Shown piece by piece: positions 25,701 through 38,744 of a stretch of 64,000 nucleotides of DNA. The position numbers and the translations under genes were made by a program. The notes beneath the pieces are model-generated. The model was not told the origin of the DNA. It made no database searches and saw only the letters and a program-made list of their open reading frames with translations. The first letter of the stretch is position 1, and every line of letters starts with the position of its first letter. The stretch comes from Thalia democratica (lineage: Eukaryota), in NCBI GenBank assembly GCA_965202585.1, contig OZ241833.1, forward strand, positions 22,258,001 to 22,322,000, in the 5' to 3' direction.

Positions 25701-28132
25701 TGAAATCAATTGAAATTTTTTGGTAAGGACTTTTGCCGCACAATAGCGGCCGCCACTTGAAGTGCTCTCTCCTTTTTTGGCCATTGGAGCCTCGCAATCC
25801 CCCCTCGTTTTTCAGCTTCAAGTAGGTTTATTTTTCTGAACTATTCTAAGAATAGCCTTCAAACTGTGTATTGCTGTCTGGTGTTGATTTGGTTTAAAAT
25901 TTTACGAAAAGTAAAATTGCGATAAATTTGTTGTTAGTTTTCTAATTATAAAATTTTAAAACGACAACTTTACAAAGAAAAACTTTAAGATTACATCAAA
26001 AATGTGAAACGATTTTTTTCTTTGCCGAAATCTATAATAATTAATAGTAGTTATCCATAGTAAAGTTAATTGACAAAACTATATGTGGTTACAAATGAAA
26101 TTAAAAGGTATGTTTCATAATGATTGTGTTCCATAAGTTTCTCAATAGGTTGTTTTGTTTTTGTCAAAACTAGCCGTGCGTCATAAATTTTTATGCCATT
26201 CAATCGCTGTCTTACTTTTTTAACACTTTGGTAAATTTAGTGAATGGAAATTTTACTTGAGGCTTAATATAGTCATGTGAATTTTTTTATTAAAACAAAA
26301 AATCAAAGTTTTGAGACAACTGTTCAACAGTGAATATATTTAATTGATTTTTTACATTCAAAACAATTTTTGATCTAAAATATATTGTTTTTTTTTTGTA
26401 AATAAAAGTTAAATAATTACTTTGTTTATTTTTATTTAAGCAAGCTCTTTACATTTCAGTAAATAGAGCAATCTTTTTTAGTTAAGACAAACAACTATAA
26501 AGTTTCTTTTTAAAATAGACTATCTAAATTTGTATTTCCTTTTTATCGGAAGTCGATTTTCAAAGTAAAATTGAATGAGTACTTGATGTATATGTTTCTT
26601 TTGTCGGCAACTTAAAGTTTTTATTAGTTTTTAACATACAACTATTTTAGTTTAAGTAAGCTATTATACCTTTTTTTTAAATAACGTTTAAAATAAAAAT
26701 TACGACTATTTTTACAGCATGATTTTGTTAATGCATAGACAAATATTTATATTGTTTTAAAAGTAACATTCAATTGAAAGTTAAAAGTTATTAGTTTTAA
26801 AGCCAAATTTGGAAAAATAAACCTCAAGTTTATATTTCTTAGTATTTTAAAATTGTTGACTATATAAACTCGTAATTTTTATTTTTAACCAAATTTGTAA
26901 AATAAAACAACTTCTATACGATTCTGCATATTTACACTACAAACAATTTTATTAACTTTTAAAGATATTTCAATGATAACACAACATGCCAGCCATCAAG
27001 CTACCGGCGCCTTAATTTATGAATAATTTAGTAAGAAATTATGAAAAAAGATTATTGAAAGTTTTGAATTGATCGTAGGGTGGGGTATGGTATTGGTTGT
27101 TTCTTATACATAAAACTAACTGTTTAATTATGTTTTAAATTGTTTACTTTTACTTTAAACAACTTTATTTTTACAGAATGTATCCAATAGCTTAACACAA
27201 GTCAACCTGAGGGCCGCGAAGTATTTTCTCTTAAAAAACTTCTGCAAAACAAATAATATTGAGCTATTTATGATAAACAGTTTAAATTATACTTGTATAA
27301 GTTGTACTAGTTTTTTATTTATATATAATTTAATTTGTAAACCACTTGATTAATAAATTTTTCATTGCATTATTTGTACTTTAGAATTATACTTTTAAAA
27401 TATTAATAGATTAATATTTTGAAATACACTGCCTGCGGAAAATGTTCAGATAAGTACGGTCGAAAAATAATTATTACAAAAACCTGGACAGACGAATAAT
27501 AAAAGTTGCCCAACCGCTCACTATAACATGTTTATAGAACTACAAAGTCCTAACCATCATTACATATTCTAAAACATCTATTTCTTAAACTCATTTTTTC
27601 TGAATACTGTAACTATAAGTAATAACCTAAATGTCACATCTGCTGCGATAAAATTTTTTTAAAGTGGTTGTTTAAAACTTAAGGAGAAATATTAAACATT
27701 TTCGTCAACAAACAAATATAGTAAAAAAATTTCAAAACTCTTGAAACAGAAGGTGCTTTTATAAAAATTAAAAATACTAATTTTATTTAATTTTTAATTT
27801 TTGTAATACTTTATAAAAATTGTTTGAACTTACGTAAAGTCTTAAGGATTGAAAAAAATAACATTTTATTTACGTCTGTTATTATTATAGTTTATTCTAA
27901 GAACTTTAAATTTCAAAAATTTAAACAGTTTATTACATTTTATTGTGTTTGGTTTTTTATACAAATTTTAAAAACTTAAAAACAACGACAATTTTTAAGG
28001 TGTTGATGCTTTTATTACAACGTAACAGTGTTTTAAATTTTTTTATTTAGTTAGAAAATTATAAATTTTAGCTCTATTTATGATAATTTAGACCTATTTA
28101 AATAACAAACTAGATTATTCTCCATTTTAAGA

Positions 28133-28416
28133 CAGGGGTGAGCAGCCTTATATAAGTAACGGATAATTTTTTTAATAAAAATTTGCTTTTTGGCCGTATT
28201 TATTAAAAAAAATCCTAGTAGTTGATAAAAGAATCGTATTAAAAATAAAGATTCGAAAAAATCAATAACAAGGCTGTAGTGATAACTGATAAATGATTAA
28301 CAAACTACCTGTTCTTGTTTTATAAATGCATGTTTTTTAGGTAAAAAGTATGTCGCGAGCCGAATATTTTACTTGGGAATCGCATTTGCCACTTAGGCCG
28401 CAGTTTGCCGGTCCTA
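28133..28416 (+). mobile_element. Degenerate Charlie-type hAT MITE
   Basis: CAGGGGTGAGCAGCC left end and GGCCGCAGTTTGCCGGTCCT right end resembling the 35507 element termini; TSD not intact. A related left end occurs at ~60248 (TAGGGCTAGGCAAATTTATATAAGTA). Confidence 0.55.
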
Positions 28417-28767
28417 ACTTTGAGTCTATATTTGAAAAAAAACTTAGTTTAATTTGAGTTTATATAAATATTATAGAAAATCTTACAGATTGAATTAAAA
28501 CTGTTTACTGTAAAAATTTTATAATGTATTTGAATAACATTTAGAACTATTCGGTTTATTAAAGCTTTATGCTGCAGAACAAAAGTTCAAACTTTAGTGA
28601 TCTTTTATTTTGTGCAAAACAAAATCATAAACGTTTCAATCTCTATTGACAGATTTGTTTTACTAAACAATTTATTTAGCTTTTTAAGCTTGTCTTAACA
28701 AAAAAAATACCACATTGGCTTGTAAGAACTGACAAAAAAAGACCAATATGGGAAAACTAAAGCTCGT

Positions 28768-28885
28768 ATTTTTGTTGAACAAAAAATAGCGCTCAAAAAG
28801 TTTTTTATGAGGACCAGGTGCACAAAAAAACCTTTCGGTTGTCGAGTCATCCACGACAATGGTCATAATTTAATGTCTGTTCCAG
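28768..28885 (-). repeat. Interspersed SINE-like repeat (copy 2)
   Basis: AGCGCTCAAAAAG...GGACCAGGTG...CTTTCGGTTGTCGAGTC on + strand. Confidence 0.75.
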
Positions 28886-31800
28886 TAAAAACACCTAAAA
28901 AGCTATGTAACAAAAGTAAAAAATATTAAAAAAAGAGTAGCAATACAGATGTGTTGTCAAAAACAAATGCTCTTTTTTTTTAATACTTACGTACCTTCAA
29001 GCTTAGGTTTAAACATTGCTGTAAAAGTAGATACTTGTATATCTTGTACAAAAAATATTTTCCATATACTTTTTAAATCAAAATATTTTGATAAGAGGTA
29101 AGACTAAGTTTGTTAAATTGATTTAGATTTTAAAAGCTTATAGTATATAGAAAAAATATTTAAACTGTATCTGGAACACAAACAGAAATATATTTTTTTA
29201 AAACTTTGGCTAGTCAGTAAACTTTTATTCTTTTATATAAATACTCTTAAAAAACTACTATTTTTTTATTTGTTCTATCTAAATTTTTAATTTTAAGTGT
29301 CTTAATAATTAATATACAGTTTTTATTTTATTTTTATTTGTACACAAGATAATATATATCGATATTAACACTTATATTAGATAATTTAACATTTCTAAAT
29401 TGTTTTAATTGTAAATATCAATCTATTTTCGAGTGGTTTGTTGCAAAAACAAATTTAACATTTACAGTTTATCGCAGTACGAAGAAATTAAACAAAAAAT
29501 GCTTAAATAGTATACATATAAAAGTTTCGCACAAGTTTTATTTCTAATTTTACTCTTACGAACATAAATTTAACATGAAACAAGTTTTATATTTTTTACA
29601 TTAAAATAGTAGTGCTATTTCGTAACCGATACAGTTTAAATAATATTTATAATTAATTAAATTTTAATTTGAAACTGATCAATTGAGTTATAAGTTTATA
29701 ATTTATTATATACATAATTTAAAGTTTTAATGTAGTCCTCTTATGGTAAATTAAACCTAAGTCTTTGTTATTGAACAACAATGAAGTAGAAAAATCAATT
29801 AAGTTAAAATTTATATTTTAGTTTTAAAAAGAACCAACTTTTTCAAACAAAGTATAACTATTATTATGCAAACATAATGTTTGATCTCAAAAAAAAATAT
29901 CCTATCAAACAAAATATGGCTATAAAATTTTTTAAAACAAAACGTATAAATAAAGCATTTTATTAATATTATTGTGCAACTAATAAACAAAGTTAGAAGT
30001 TGCGATATTGCCTACAAATACAAGTTTAAAAATAATTTTATAATATTTAAATACAGCAGGAGTTTAGCTAAGTACTAAAAATATCATCTTTTCCAAAAAA
30101 TTTTCTATGATTCTATGAGCAACTGTTTATCAGAAAAAACTTCATAGTATAATATTAAAATATGTTATTAATATTTGTTGTATGTTGTACTTAAGGTTCT
30201 GAAATAAGAATGTATCTTAATAGTGTACACTTGTTTTAGTTAAGATAAAGAGTGAATAGACACAAAAACCAGCAAGTCTTTCATAGAAAATAAAAATGAT
30301 ATTAAAAAAATACAAACTAATAATTAATAATACTAAATTGAAATATTTATATATACTTTAAAACTTTAAAACACATAAAAAACCATAAAAACGTTCTTTT
30401 TTTAACATTTTAAAATCTATTTATTACCATGGGCCTTAAAAGAAGAGTATGTTTTATAAGCTTTATATTAGTATATATACTCTTAAACTAAAAATTCTCA
30501 CTTTTGGCAATAGAGTAAATATTTTTATGAATAATATTTTTTTAATTCCTTAAAATTTGGGTTTTTTTGTGATTTTTTTTAAACTATAAAAGTAAAAGAT
30601 AACAAACATTTATTAAACTGACATAAAATAGTCATTAAATTGATAAATTATCATTGAATCTAAGATGACTTTTATTTTATTATTTTCTTTGAAAAAAATC
30701 ATTATTACAAAACTTATTTTTTAAAACACTTTACTAGGTTAAATTTTATTAATTTATCATTGGTTTTGAAGGAAGTATCATTGGTAAGTGAAAAAATGTT
30801 TATAGCTTGACTTCAATGTATAATTACTATTTTATACGTTTTAAATAATATGTTTTTAAAAATTCATACTTCTAACAAAACTAAAAATATATATTTTTAC
30901 GTTGATGTTTGTATGTATTTATTTTAGTACTGAGTTTTTAAATACAAATAGATATATTATGACGAGTAGATTACTCATTTTTAGATTTTTATCTAAAACT
31001 TTATTGTATTTGAATGTAGCAATAGCTATTAAATTTATAAAATAAATATTAGCTAGAAAATTAAAATTATTAGCCAAAAAAAGTAGTTCTAAAAGAAAAA
31101 AACATTTTAGAATTACTAAACAAAAAGCTTAGGAAACTATATTTTTTTCGGATCAGCTTAAAATACTTTTGAAATTTTGTGTGTATACTACTTTAACAGT
31201 AATGTGAACTATAGCTGACAAAAATTTTTTTGTTTGTTAGTTTTGATACTACGTGGTGTGTTATCGCTTACTGCAAACCAAAAGAGTAAATTTTATAAAA
31301 ATGACAAAGCTGTAAAAGTCCTACCTATATTAAAAAGTAAAAAAAAAAAACGATTGATAATACAGTAAAATTATTTGTAAAGTTTTATAACTTTATAAAA
31401 AATAGTAAACCGAAATAACTTATACACGTTGTATTTAGTTTATATATTTGAAAATAATTTGAATTTTTTATAATACTCGTAAACAAGTTACAAAGGTTTG
31501 TCTTGCCTCTGAATTTACCAGTTAAGAAAACTATTTTGTTTATAATGATCAAAACAATTTAAAAATCGTGTTGGTTTTATTAAATTGCAAGCTCCCTTTT
31601 TTGAACTTCTTAATTAACAAAGTACCTTCGAACTTTAATATTTTTAAGTTATAAAATTTTGTCAATAAGTTTTATTAAGTATTTTTATATAAACAATAAA
31701 CGGTAATTTTTTATACTTTTTATTTATTTTTTATTCATAAAAGTCTTTATAAAACTAACACAAATTTTCATGATTTATATTTTGCTTAGTTTATGAATAC

Positions 31801-32324
31801 GTTGCTTAGTTTATAAAAATTCGTACATAAAACAATAAGTTGTGTAAAAACTAAACACTTTTACAGGGATTTAACTAAGTAAAGATGAGCTGTTTTTATC
31901 ACAATTAAATAACACCTTAAGAGTTCAAAGTTATAATTAATATAAGTAAAAGCGTATAAACAAACAAGCATTATATTATTTGTTTCTAAAAGGAGAATAT
32001 CGTACAACTTTGATGCTTATCGACGCTTTGTCGCTGTTTCAACAAAAAATAATTAGTTTAATGATAAATCACCTTCGTAATTAGATAAGATCGTATAAAA
32101 CTTAAAAAAATCATATTAATTTCTATCAAGTACCCTAATTACTGATAAAAATACTCTTATAGCGTTTCGTGTTAACTTTTTTTTTATGTTACTGACTACT
32201 AGACGTTTGTGCGCATTTAATATACGATATTTAATTTACTAACGTCTTTAATTCAAAGTAGAACAGTTTCAAACTCTCGCTGTTTAAAAACATTGAAAGC
32301 ACCTTAAAATGTATACACGAAACT

Positions 32325-32460
32325 TATTACTATTGTTTATTGAACACCAAAAAAAGCGCTCTAAACATTTTTTTTTTCTAGGGCCTGGTGCACGAAAAAA
32401 ACCTTATGGTTATCGAGTCTTTCACCACTTGGATACCTTCTAACGTCTTTTTTAGGACCA
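32325..32460 (-). repeat. Interspersed SINE-like repeat (copy 3)
   Basis: AAAAGCGCTC...GGCCTGGTG...GGTTATCGAGTC...AACGTCTT...AGGAC on + strand. Confidence 0.75.
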
Positions 32461-32974
32461 AAATACTTATGTACTTTTTAAAATTTGAAACGATTTAATA
32501 TTAAACTTTCACCTACAATTTAAAAATTGTTTAATGTAGAAAAACTAGTTTTTATCACTTGTGTATAAAATTCATTATTTTTTTAACATTTGTTTATACC
32601 ACTTAGATGGAGAATTTGTTACGACTAAATGTTTTAGAAATCATTCGAAATTGCTTAATCAAAATTAGATAATAAAATAAAAGTTCCGCTTTCTTTCGGC
32701 TTTGTTTTGCAAAGTTAGTGTGATTGTACTTTCTCACCCAGAAATTTATCTATCAGTAGTATTTGCTTTCTTAAGCTTTGCTTCAAAAATTTTGTTTAGC
32801 TTTCCTTGCAACTTACTATCAAGAAATTCTTTAAATTTTGAATATTCTTGTTTAAACTAAGCGTTAAAACAAAATTCTTTTGACAGAAAGCTCCACTTTC
32901 TTTAGACTTTGTTCTGTAAAGTTGGTAGTGCGGTTGTGCTCATAGCTTTTTTATTTTTAATATATGTTAGATGA

Positions 32975-33325
32975 TATTGATGCAAATTTGAGTGCATATT
33001 TAATAAGATCATTTTAAACTTTCAGAAATATAGATTCCGAAGCCTTTTAATACTGTGACTGAGGGTATTTAAACTTTATTTATTAGGAGATCAACAGGGT
33101 TAGGTTTGCTTTTAAGAACGTTGAGGATTTGAAACTTATTAGGGATTTAGTTTTTTTTTTGTGTTTAACCACTGTTAAAAGTTATGAAGACTTAATTGTA
33201 AGGCATCTTTTGACTAAACTGAATATTTTCGCGTCATCTGCTAACAAATTTGTTTCCGTTTTTGAATGCTTTCATGCGATGTCATTTACACAAATAATGA
33301 ATAGACGCGGTCCGATTAATCTAAC
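32975..33325 (-). mobile_element. Decayed non-LTR retrotransposon (CR1/L2-type) reverse transcriptase fragment
   Basis: Minus-strand LIGPRLFIICVNDIA*...NLLADDAKIF (ADD at 33233-33241), then after a frameshift QLSLHNF*QW...NKFQIL...VLKGFGIYISESLK*, matching LGPLLF..YIND / FADD / KDLGI motifs. Confidence 0.8.
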
Positions 33326-33856
33326 CTCTAGTACTTAAATAGAAACAGTCAAATAATTTTATAAAGTCTTTTAACAAGTACTTTTTGTGTTCTGTTAGCT
33401 AGAAAACTTAAACTAAATCAAATTAGCTTAGCTTAATAAACAAAAATTAACTAAGATTTCATGCATTTAATATCGAATTAAAGTTTTCTAAACCTTTGGT
33501 TCGAAATTGAGTCGAATGCTTTTCAGTATACACGAATTGGATAGATTCGTTTAAAAAAATAGGTATTAACCAAGAATGTATACAGGTCAACAGCTGAATG
33601 CACGATGAGCAGTGAGGAACAAATTAAAACTTCTTAGGTATAAATAGATTATAGTTAAAAACTTTGCAGTTAGTTCAACATTACAGTTTAAATAATCAAA
33701 GAGTATTTCTTAACATTTTAGATTGTTCACTTCTAAAGGCAGAGTTTATCAAACACAAAATTCTAAACATTACTAAATATAAATTATATCTAAAAGTTTT
33801 TTCAATTATAACTTTTATTCTTTAACAACGATAAACTAAAAACGCAGTATTTCAAG

Positions 33857-34517
33857 TTATACTTGGGTAAACTGAACGAAATACCTCGGTATCACGCAGC
33901 TTTCGTGGCAAACGTAGTGGTTGGAATCGTCTGAAAAAATATGCCTTGCTACTCCTGATCCTCCTACCCCGCTGTCCCTTTCGTAAGTTTCGTTCTCATC
34001 AACCCTCCCTTGCACGACGTACCTCGTGAAACTGTTTTTGGGCGCGCTTTAGCCGGGAAAAGATTCCAAGACTTTCAACCTGTCCGACCCAAGCACTTCG
34101 TTGACGATGACAGTGAACAAAGTGGTCGATTTGCCGCTTCTCTTCAAGCGGTAACAGCCCTTTTTAAGTTTTCTTTTGCCAGTTGAGTACATGACTGCCA
34201 ACTTGGAGCTCGCCGTGAGGTATACCCCCGGCCCGAACGTTCCGTTGACCTTCCCGAACGTTCAGCTGACTTTTAAATCCGTCCTTGACAATTCCGGCGC
34301 AGCACTCGTCGTTCGTGCCGTGGAAGAGCATGACGTTGTCGCTTTTTCCCGCCAAAACACTTTGCGTGCGCGTTGTTGCGCGGTAAATCTTGCGAGTGTC
34401 AACTTTTTTTCTGGTCATCGTTTCTTCGAAGCACTTCTTGATCAGCTTGAAGTCGCCGTCGGTGGAGGCGATTTCCTTCAAAACGTACATTGAGAATAAA
34501 TAGTCTTCTTTGTACAT
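33857..34517 (-). pseudogene. Intronless PARP/ADP-ribosyltransferase catalytic-domain pseudogene
   Basis: MLFHGT (34314-34322), then after a frameshift near 34271-34277 GTFGPGVYLTASSKLAVMYS, an in-frame TAA at 34049-34051, and C-terminal SNHYVCHESCVIPRYFVQF matching the last PARP-fold strands. Confidence 0.85.
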
Positions 34518-35506
34518 GGTACTGTTGATGTTCAGGTTTTTTGGTAAGTTTTATAAGGGTTTTTAAAAGTTAAATAAAATAAACTGACCGTTGTTTTATA
34601 GAAGACCAGAGTAATTTTTTTTCAAAATTAACATTATGCGTTTTGTATTGATATTTATAGTAATAAAAGTTGTATATGTTATTAACAAAAACATCATTAT
34701 TTTTATTTATATGCTTGCATTCAGGGATTATAACCTATCTTTGAATATTAACATTTGCTCTACATTCACAATTTTAAATTATAAAAAGTATCCCTTTTAA
34801 AAAGAAGAATTAATGGTTATGCAAAAACATAAGTAAAATGTATAAAAGTTTGTAACAATTTAAAAAACTTTTGGAAAGTTTAATATCAAACAAAATACTC
34901 AAGTCTTACTAAGAGAATTCTAAATAACTGCTTAACTACTTTACTGCAACTTTTAAATAAACATCGCGGCAGTTTTTGTTATTTGTACGAGGTCTTAACA
35001 CTACCTCATTTAAAAGACAACCAAAGGTAGATATTATCAAACTTTTCCTGTAGCTTTGAATACAAGCTGAGAAAGATGTTAAGCATTCAAACATTTAATT
35101 TCAATTTTTAACAATGTTTTCTAGCTCTCTTGCTTGATTTTGTTTAAGGAATGCATGCAATTAGAAAATATAAAATTGTACGCTCTTTTTGTTTTAAACT
35201 AAAAAATTCTAAACAAAGTTATATTCTTATAACTTTTAATATACATTTGTAGACCTTTTAAAAACATTTTTCTAGTCAGTCTAACGTTTTTTATTTTATT
35301 TTTCAAATGCCTTTTCCAAGCTATCTACTAAATATTAAGAAAAAAAAACGATAAAATAAATATTTAAAACAAATAATTTAAAAATGTTTCATTAGAACAT
35401 AAAAAGTAGGAATAATTTAAAAATATTTTTAGGATAAAATTACTGAGCTGTTGTATTAAAGTCAATTTTTTAGAATTAATGCGCAAGAATATGCATCTGT
35501 CTAGAT

Positions 35507-38500
35507 CAGGGGTCGGCAAACTGCGGCCCGCGAGCACATTATTTTTTTGAATGGAATGCGGCCCGCAAAAGAAAATTTTGCGGCCCGCGAGCATATAAAT
35601 GTGTCCCGCTGAGCAAAAATATATTATAAGTTAAATTTCTTTGACTAATTTACTTTTTAGTCTCTGTATAACATTTTAAAACAATTAAAAGACTTTACTG
35701 ATTTAGCTTAAAAATGTGAAAAAGACAGGTTAGCATTCCACTAAACTTTTTTTCTCAATTTCATAATAACTTTCTTCTTACAACAGCAAAACATTTTCTG
35801 AAAAAAGATTGCAAAAAGTGCTATGAATTACTAAAATAGTTATATTATACCTATTTAGTAAATAAACTAAATGCAAATGTTTTCCGTTTTGTACAAAAGT
35901 AATGCACAGTAATTAAATAAAATGTCATTTCTTTAACGTTTAGTTTTTTTACACGTTTTTGATACCTAAGTTTCTATTACAGATGTTTTATTAATAAATG
36001 TTATGTTTTAGTGTGCACAAAAATGTTTAAGACAACAGAATAATAAAAAAATAGGGTTAATTTTATTTTGATTTTGGCACCTTTATTTTTTTAGAAGTTT
36101 TCTTTGCATTTAAAATTAATTCCTATGCACACCAATGAACAAAGATGCTCATATTTTAAACCACTTTTTATTTAATACTTAACGAGATAAAATTTAATTT
36201 ATGCATAAATTTACAACATTATTGTTTCTACATGTAATATCTAAGTGCGTACAGACACATTTAAAACAAAATATATGACATAAATTAAAAAGTTTTTGTT
36301 AGGTATACACTTTTATTTTTCAAACAATGTTTTTTGGCAAAATAAGTTAATTTTTATGCGTTGCACACTAATATAAATAGTTGCTGTTTTTTTAACAACC
36401 TATTTAATACAATTTAGATTGAGAAATGGTTATTTACTAAGTTTGTACATTTTTAATCAAAATTAGATCAAATAAACAAATTAAAATTGCCACACACTCA
36501 GACTATGACTATTTGAAGATTTTAGATCTCAGGCAAAGTTTAGTCATTTTTAAGTTTTTGGCTTGATTGCTTTTTGTATGCTAAAATATCAGTCTAGTTT
36601 TTTTCACTCGGACTGACTTTTTTGCTTTAAAAAGTGGTAAAAAAATTATGATGTATGTTTTGTTCAATGCACAGTATTGTTTTGAATTAAAGTTTATTTC
36701 AAATTTTAAGTCTTGTAGCTGATATAATCTGAATTATTATTTATGTTAATTGTATACATTTAAGTGTGATCAACTAGTGTTGTAAAAAAGTCCCAGGAAA
36801 GCTTGGAATTTGACATTTTTCGCTAAAAAAAAATCAGAAAAAGCCTTGAATTTAAGAATTATCGAAAAAACCTGGAATTTTAAACAATTTTTACATGTTA
36901 AGTAATAAAATTTCGATTTGACACAATATTTTTACCATATATATAATTTTTATTAATGAACACATCAAAGTAGCTTAACAGTACCTTTTAATTTTTTCTA
37001 TATTATTCAAGACATTTTTTTACCTTTAACTTAATTATGTACTAAAAATAGAATCAAAAAGTTGTACTTTTAAAAACTTTATATTGGTGCATTGTACCTT
37101 TACTTTTAAAATCTCTTTACCTATTGTCGTGCTTTGTATTCGAACTAAACCTAAAAATTCTTCTAAAATTTCAAAATTAGTGAAACCACCTGAAATAAAA
37201 GTTCTAAAATGAGCAACATCTGTTGTATCAGTATTCTCATCTTAACAGATTGATTCAAGTCCTAACTTGAATTATGCGGCTTAATAATCTTCAGACGTTT
37301 CCTAGAAACGACTTCTTGTTGAAATTGAAGAAATAAACAAAAATATTTTATTAGTGCCAACACAAATTATTTAAATAAGTTTTCAACTCTAAACGGTATC
37401 TTTTTTTAGTAATTGCTTTTCCTACTTTATAACGTTTCTCAACAGTTTTTTCTGATCAGTCTGTAGTTACTGAAATTAATCATGTGCGTTGTTGAAACTG
37501 ACTTATACGATTTTTTTTTTTCGCTTCTTGCAATAACTCCAAACTAACGTATTATAGTTCTTATAGCTAATCTTATAATCCATGTTTGCTCTTTTTAAAT
37601 GCAATATTTTTATTGCAGATAAAGAATTGCTATAATGCTCAATAAAATCATTAAATCATTTTTCTAAATCATTAATAGCTTAATAAATTTTTATACAATT
37701 GTTAGAAATGTTTAAAAACTTAATTGTCTATTCAAGCTAGCTGAATTATAATATTTTTTTTAGTTATATAATTAATTCTCTGTTAAGAAACTTCGATATT
37801 TCTTTGTTTTGTGAACTTTATTTTAAACAGGGTTGCCAATCAAACAGTTTAGTTTAAAAAAATTTAAAGTCAGACTATGTTAAGCTGTTTAAGAAATTGT
37901 TATAAAACTCAGGTGTACCTGAAACTTTTATTTAAAACACTTTGAATGAATCTTCAAATTCTCAGAATAGTTTTTATGACTGTAGTGTAGTTTACTAATT
38001 GTAATTTTTTTGTATATTTACATATTGTGCTTTTTTATAATAATGATATTTTAGTTATGTATTTAAGCTTGATTTAGAGAATGTTTTAGCTTTTTTAACT
38101 TTAAGTAAACTTTTAATATAATTCAGACATTATTTCTTTTAAAGTGGCTACCGTGTAAAAGACTAATAAATTACTAATAAGGTATTTTATTAAAGTATTC
38201 GAGCATAAATTGTGTTAAAAAACTTGGTTTAGCTTATCTACAGTACAAATAGGTATAATTTTATTTAGTTTACTAATTACTAAGTTTTCTAAAGAGTGGT
38301 GCAAACTATTTAAGACGCAAAAACTACTTTTAAAAGTAAACATTTTTTTAAATATGAAAAGGTGGTTCATAATAAAAAAAATGTACAAAAGTGACCCGTA
38401 CATGTTTTTCAAGCTCGGTTTTTATAGAGAGTTAGATTGTAAATAAAAAAAAACTTATTAAGTTTAACTCATTAAGTGTTTAAGAAAATACATATTTCAT

Positions 38501-38744
38501 TAAGACTTAAGCATATTAAGCAATGTAAATTCTATCCCAATAGATATTTATTTATTAAGTAGGCATTCTATGTGCAGCTAAAAGTCATTTGAAGTAATAA
38601 AGTGAATAAAATAAAACTATCTCTGGTGTGACCAAAACTAAAGCCAAAAGTTTATTCAAATATCACTAAAACTAAAACTGTGGCCGCAAAGATTTTGAAA
38701 ACTTGAAATTTGGCCCGCGAGCACCAACTGCCTGTCGACCCCTG
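35507..38744 (-). mobile_element. hAT (Charlie/Buster group) DNA transposon relic, 3238 bp
   Basis: Termini CAGGGGTCGG / CGACCCCTG, perfect 8-bp TSD GTCTAGAT (35499-35506, 38745-38752), GCGGCCCGCG subterminal motifs, decayed transposase at 37101-37241 (-): DENTDTTDVAHFRTFISGGFTNFEILEEFLGLVRIQSTTIGKEILKV. Confidence 0.93.

Noticed and set aside
34176-34493. 105-aa plus-strand ORF
   Set aside because: Antisense shadow of the GC-rich ART pseudogene.
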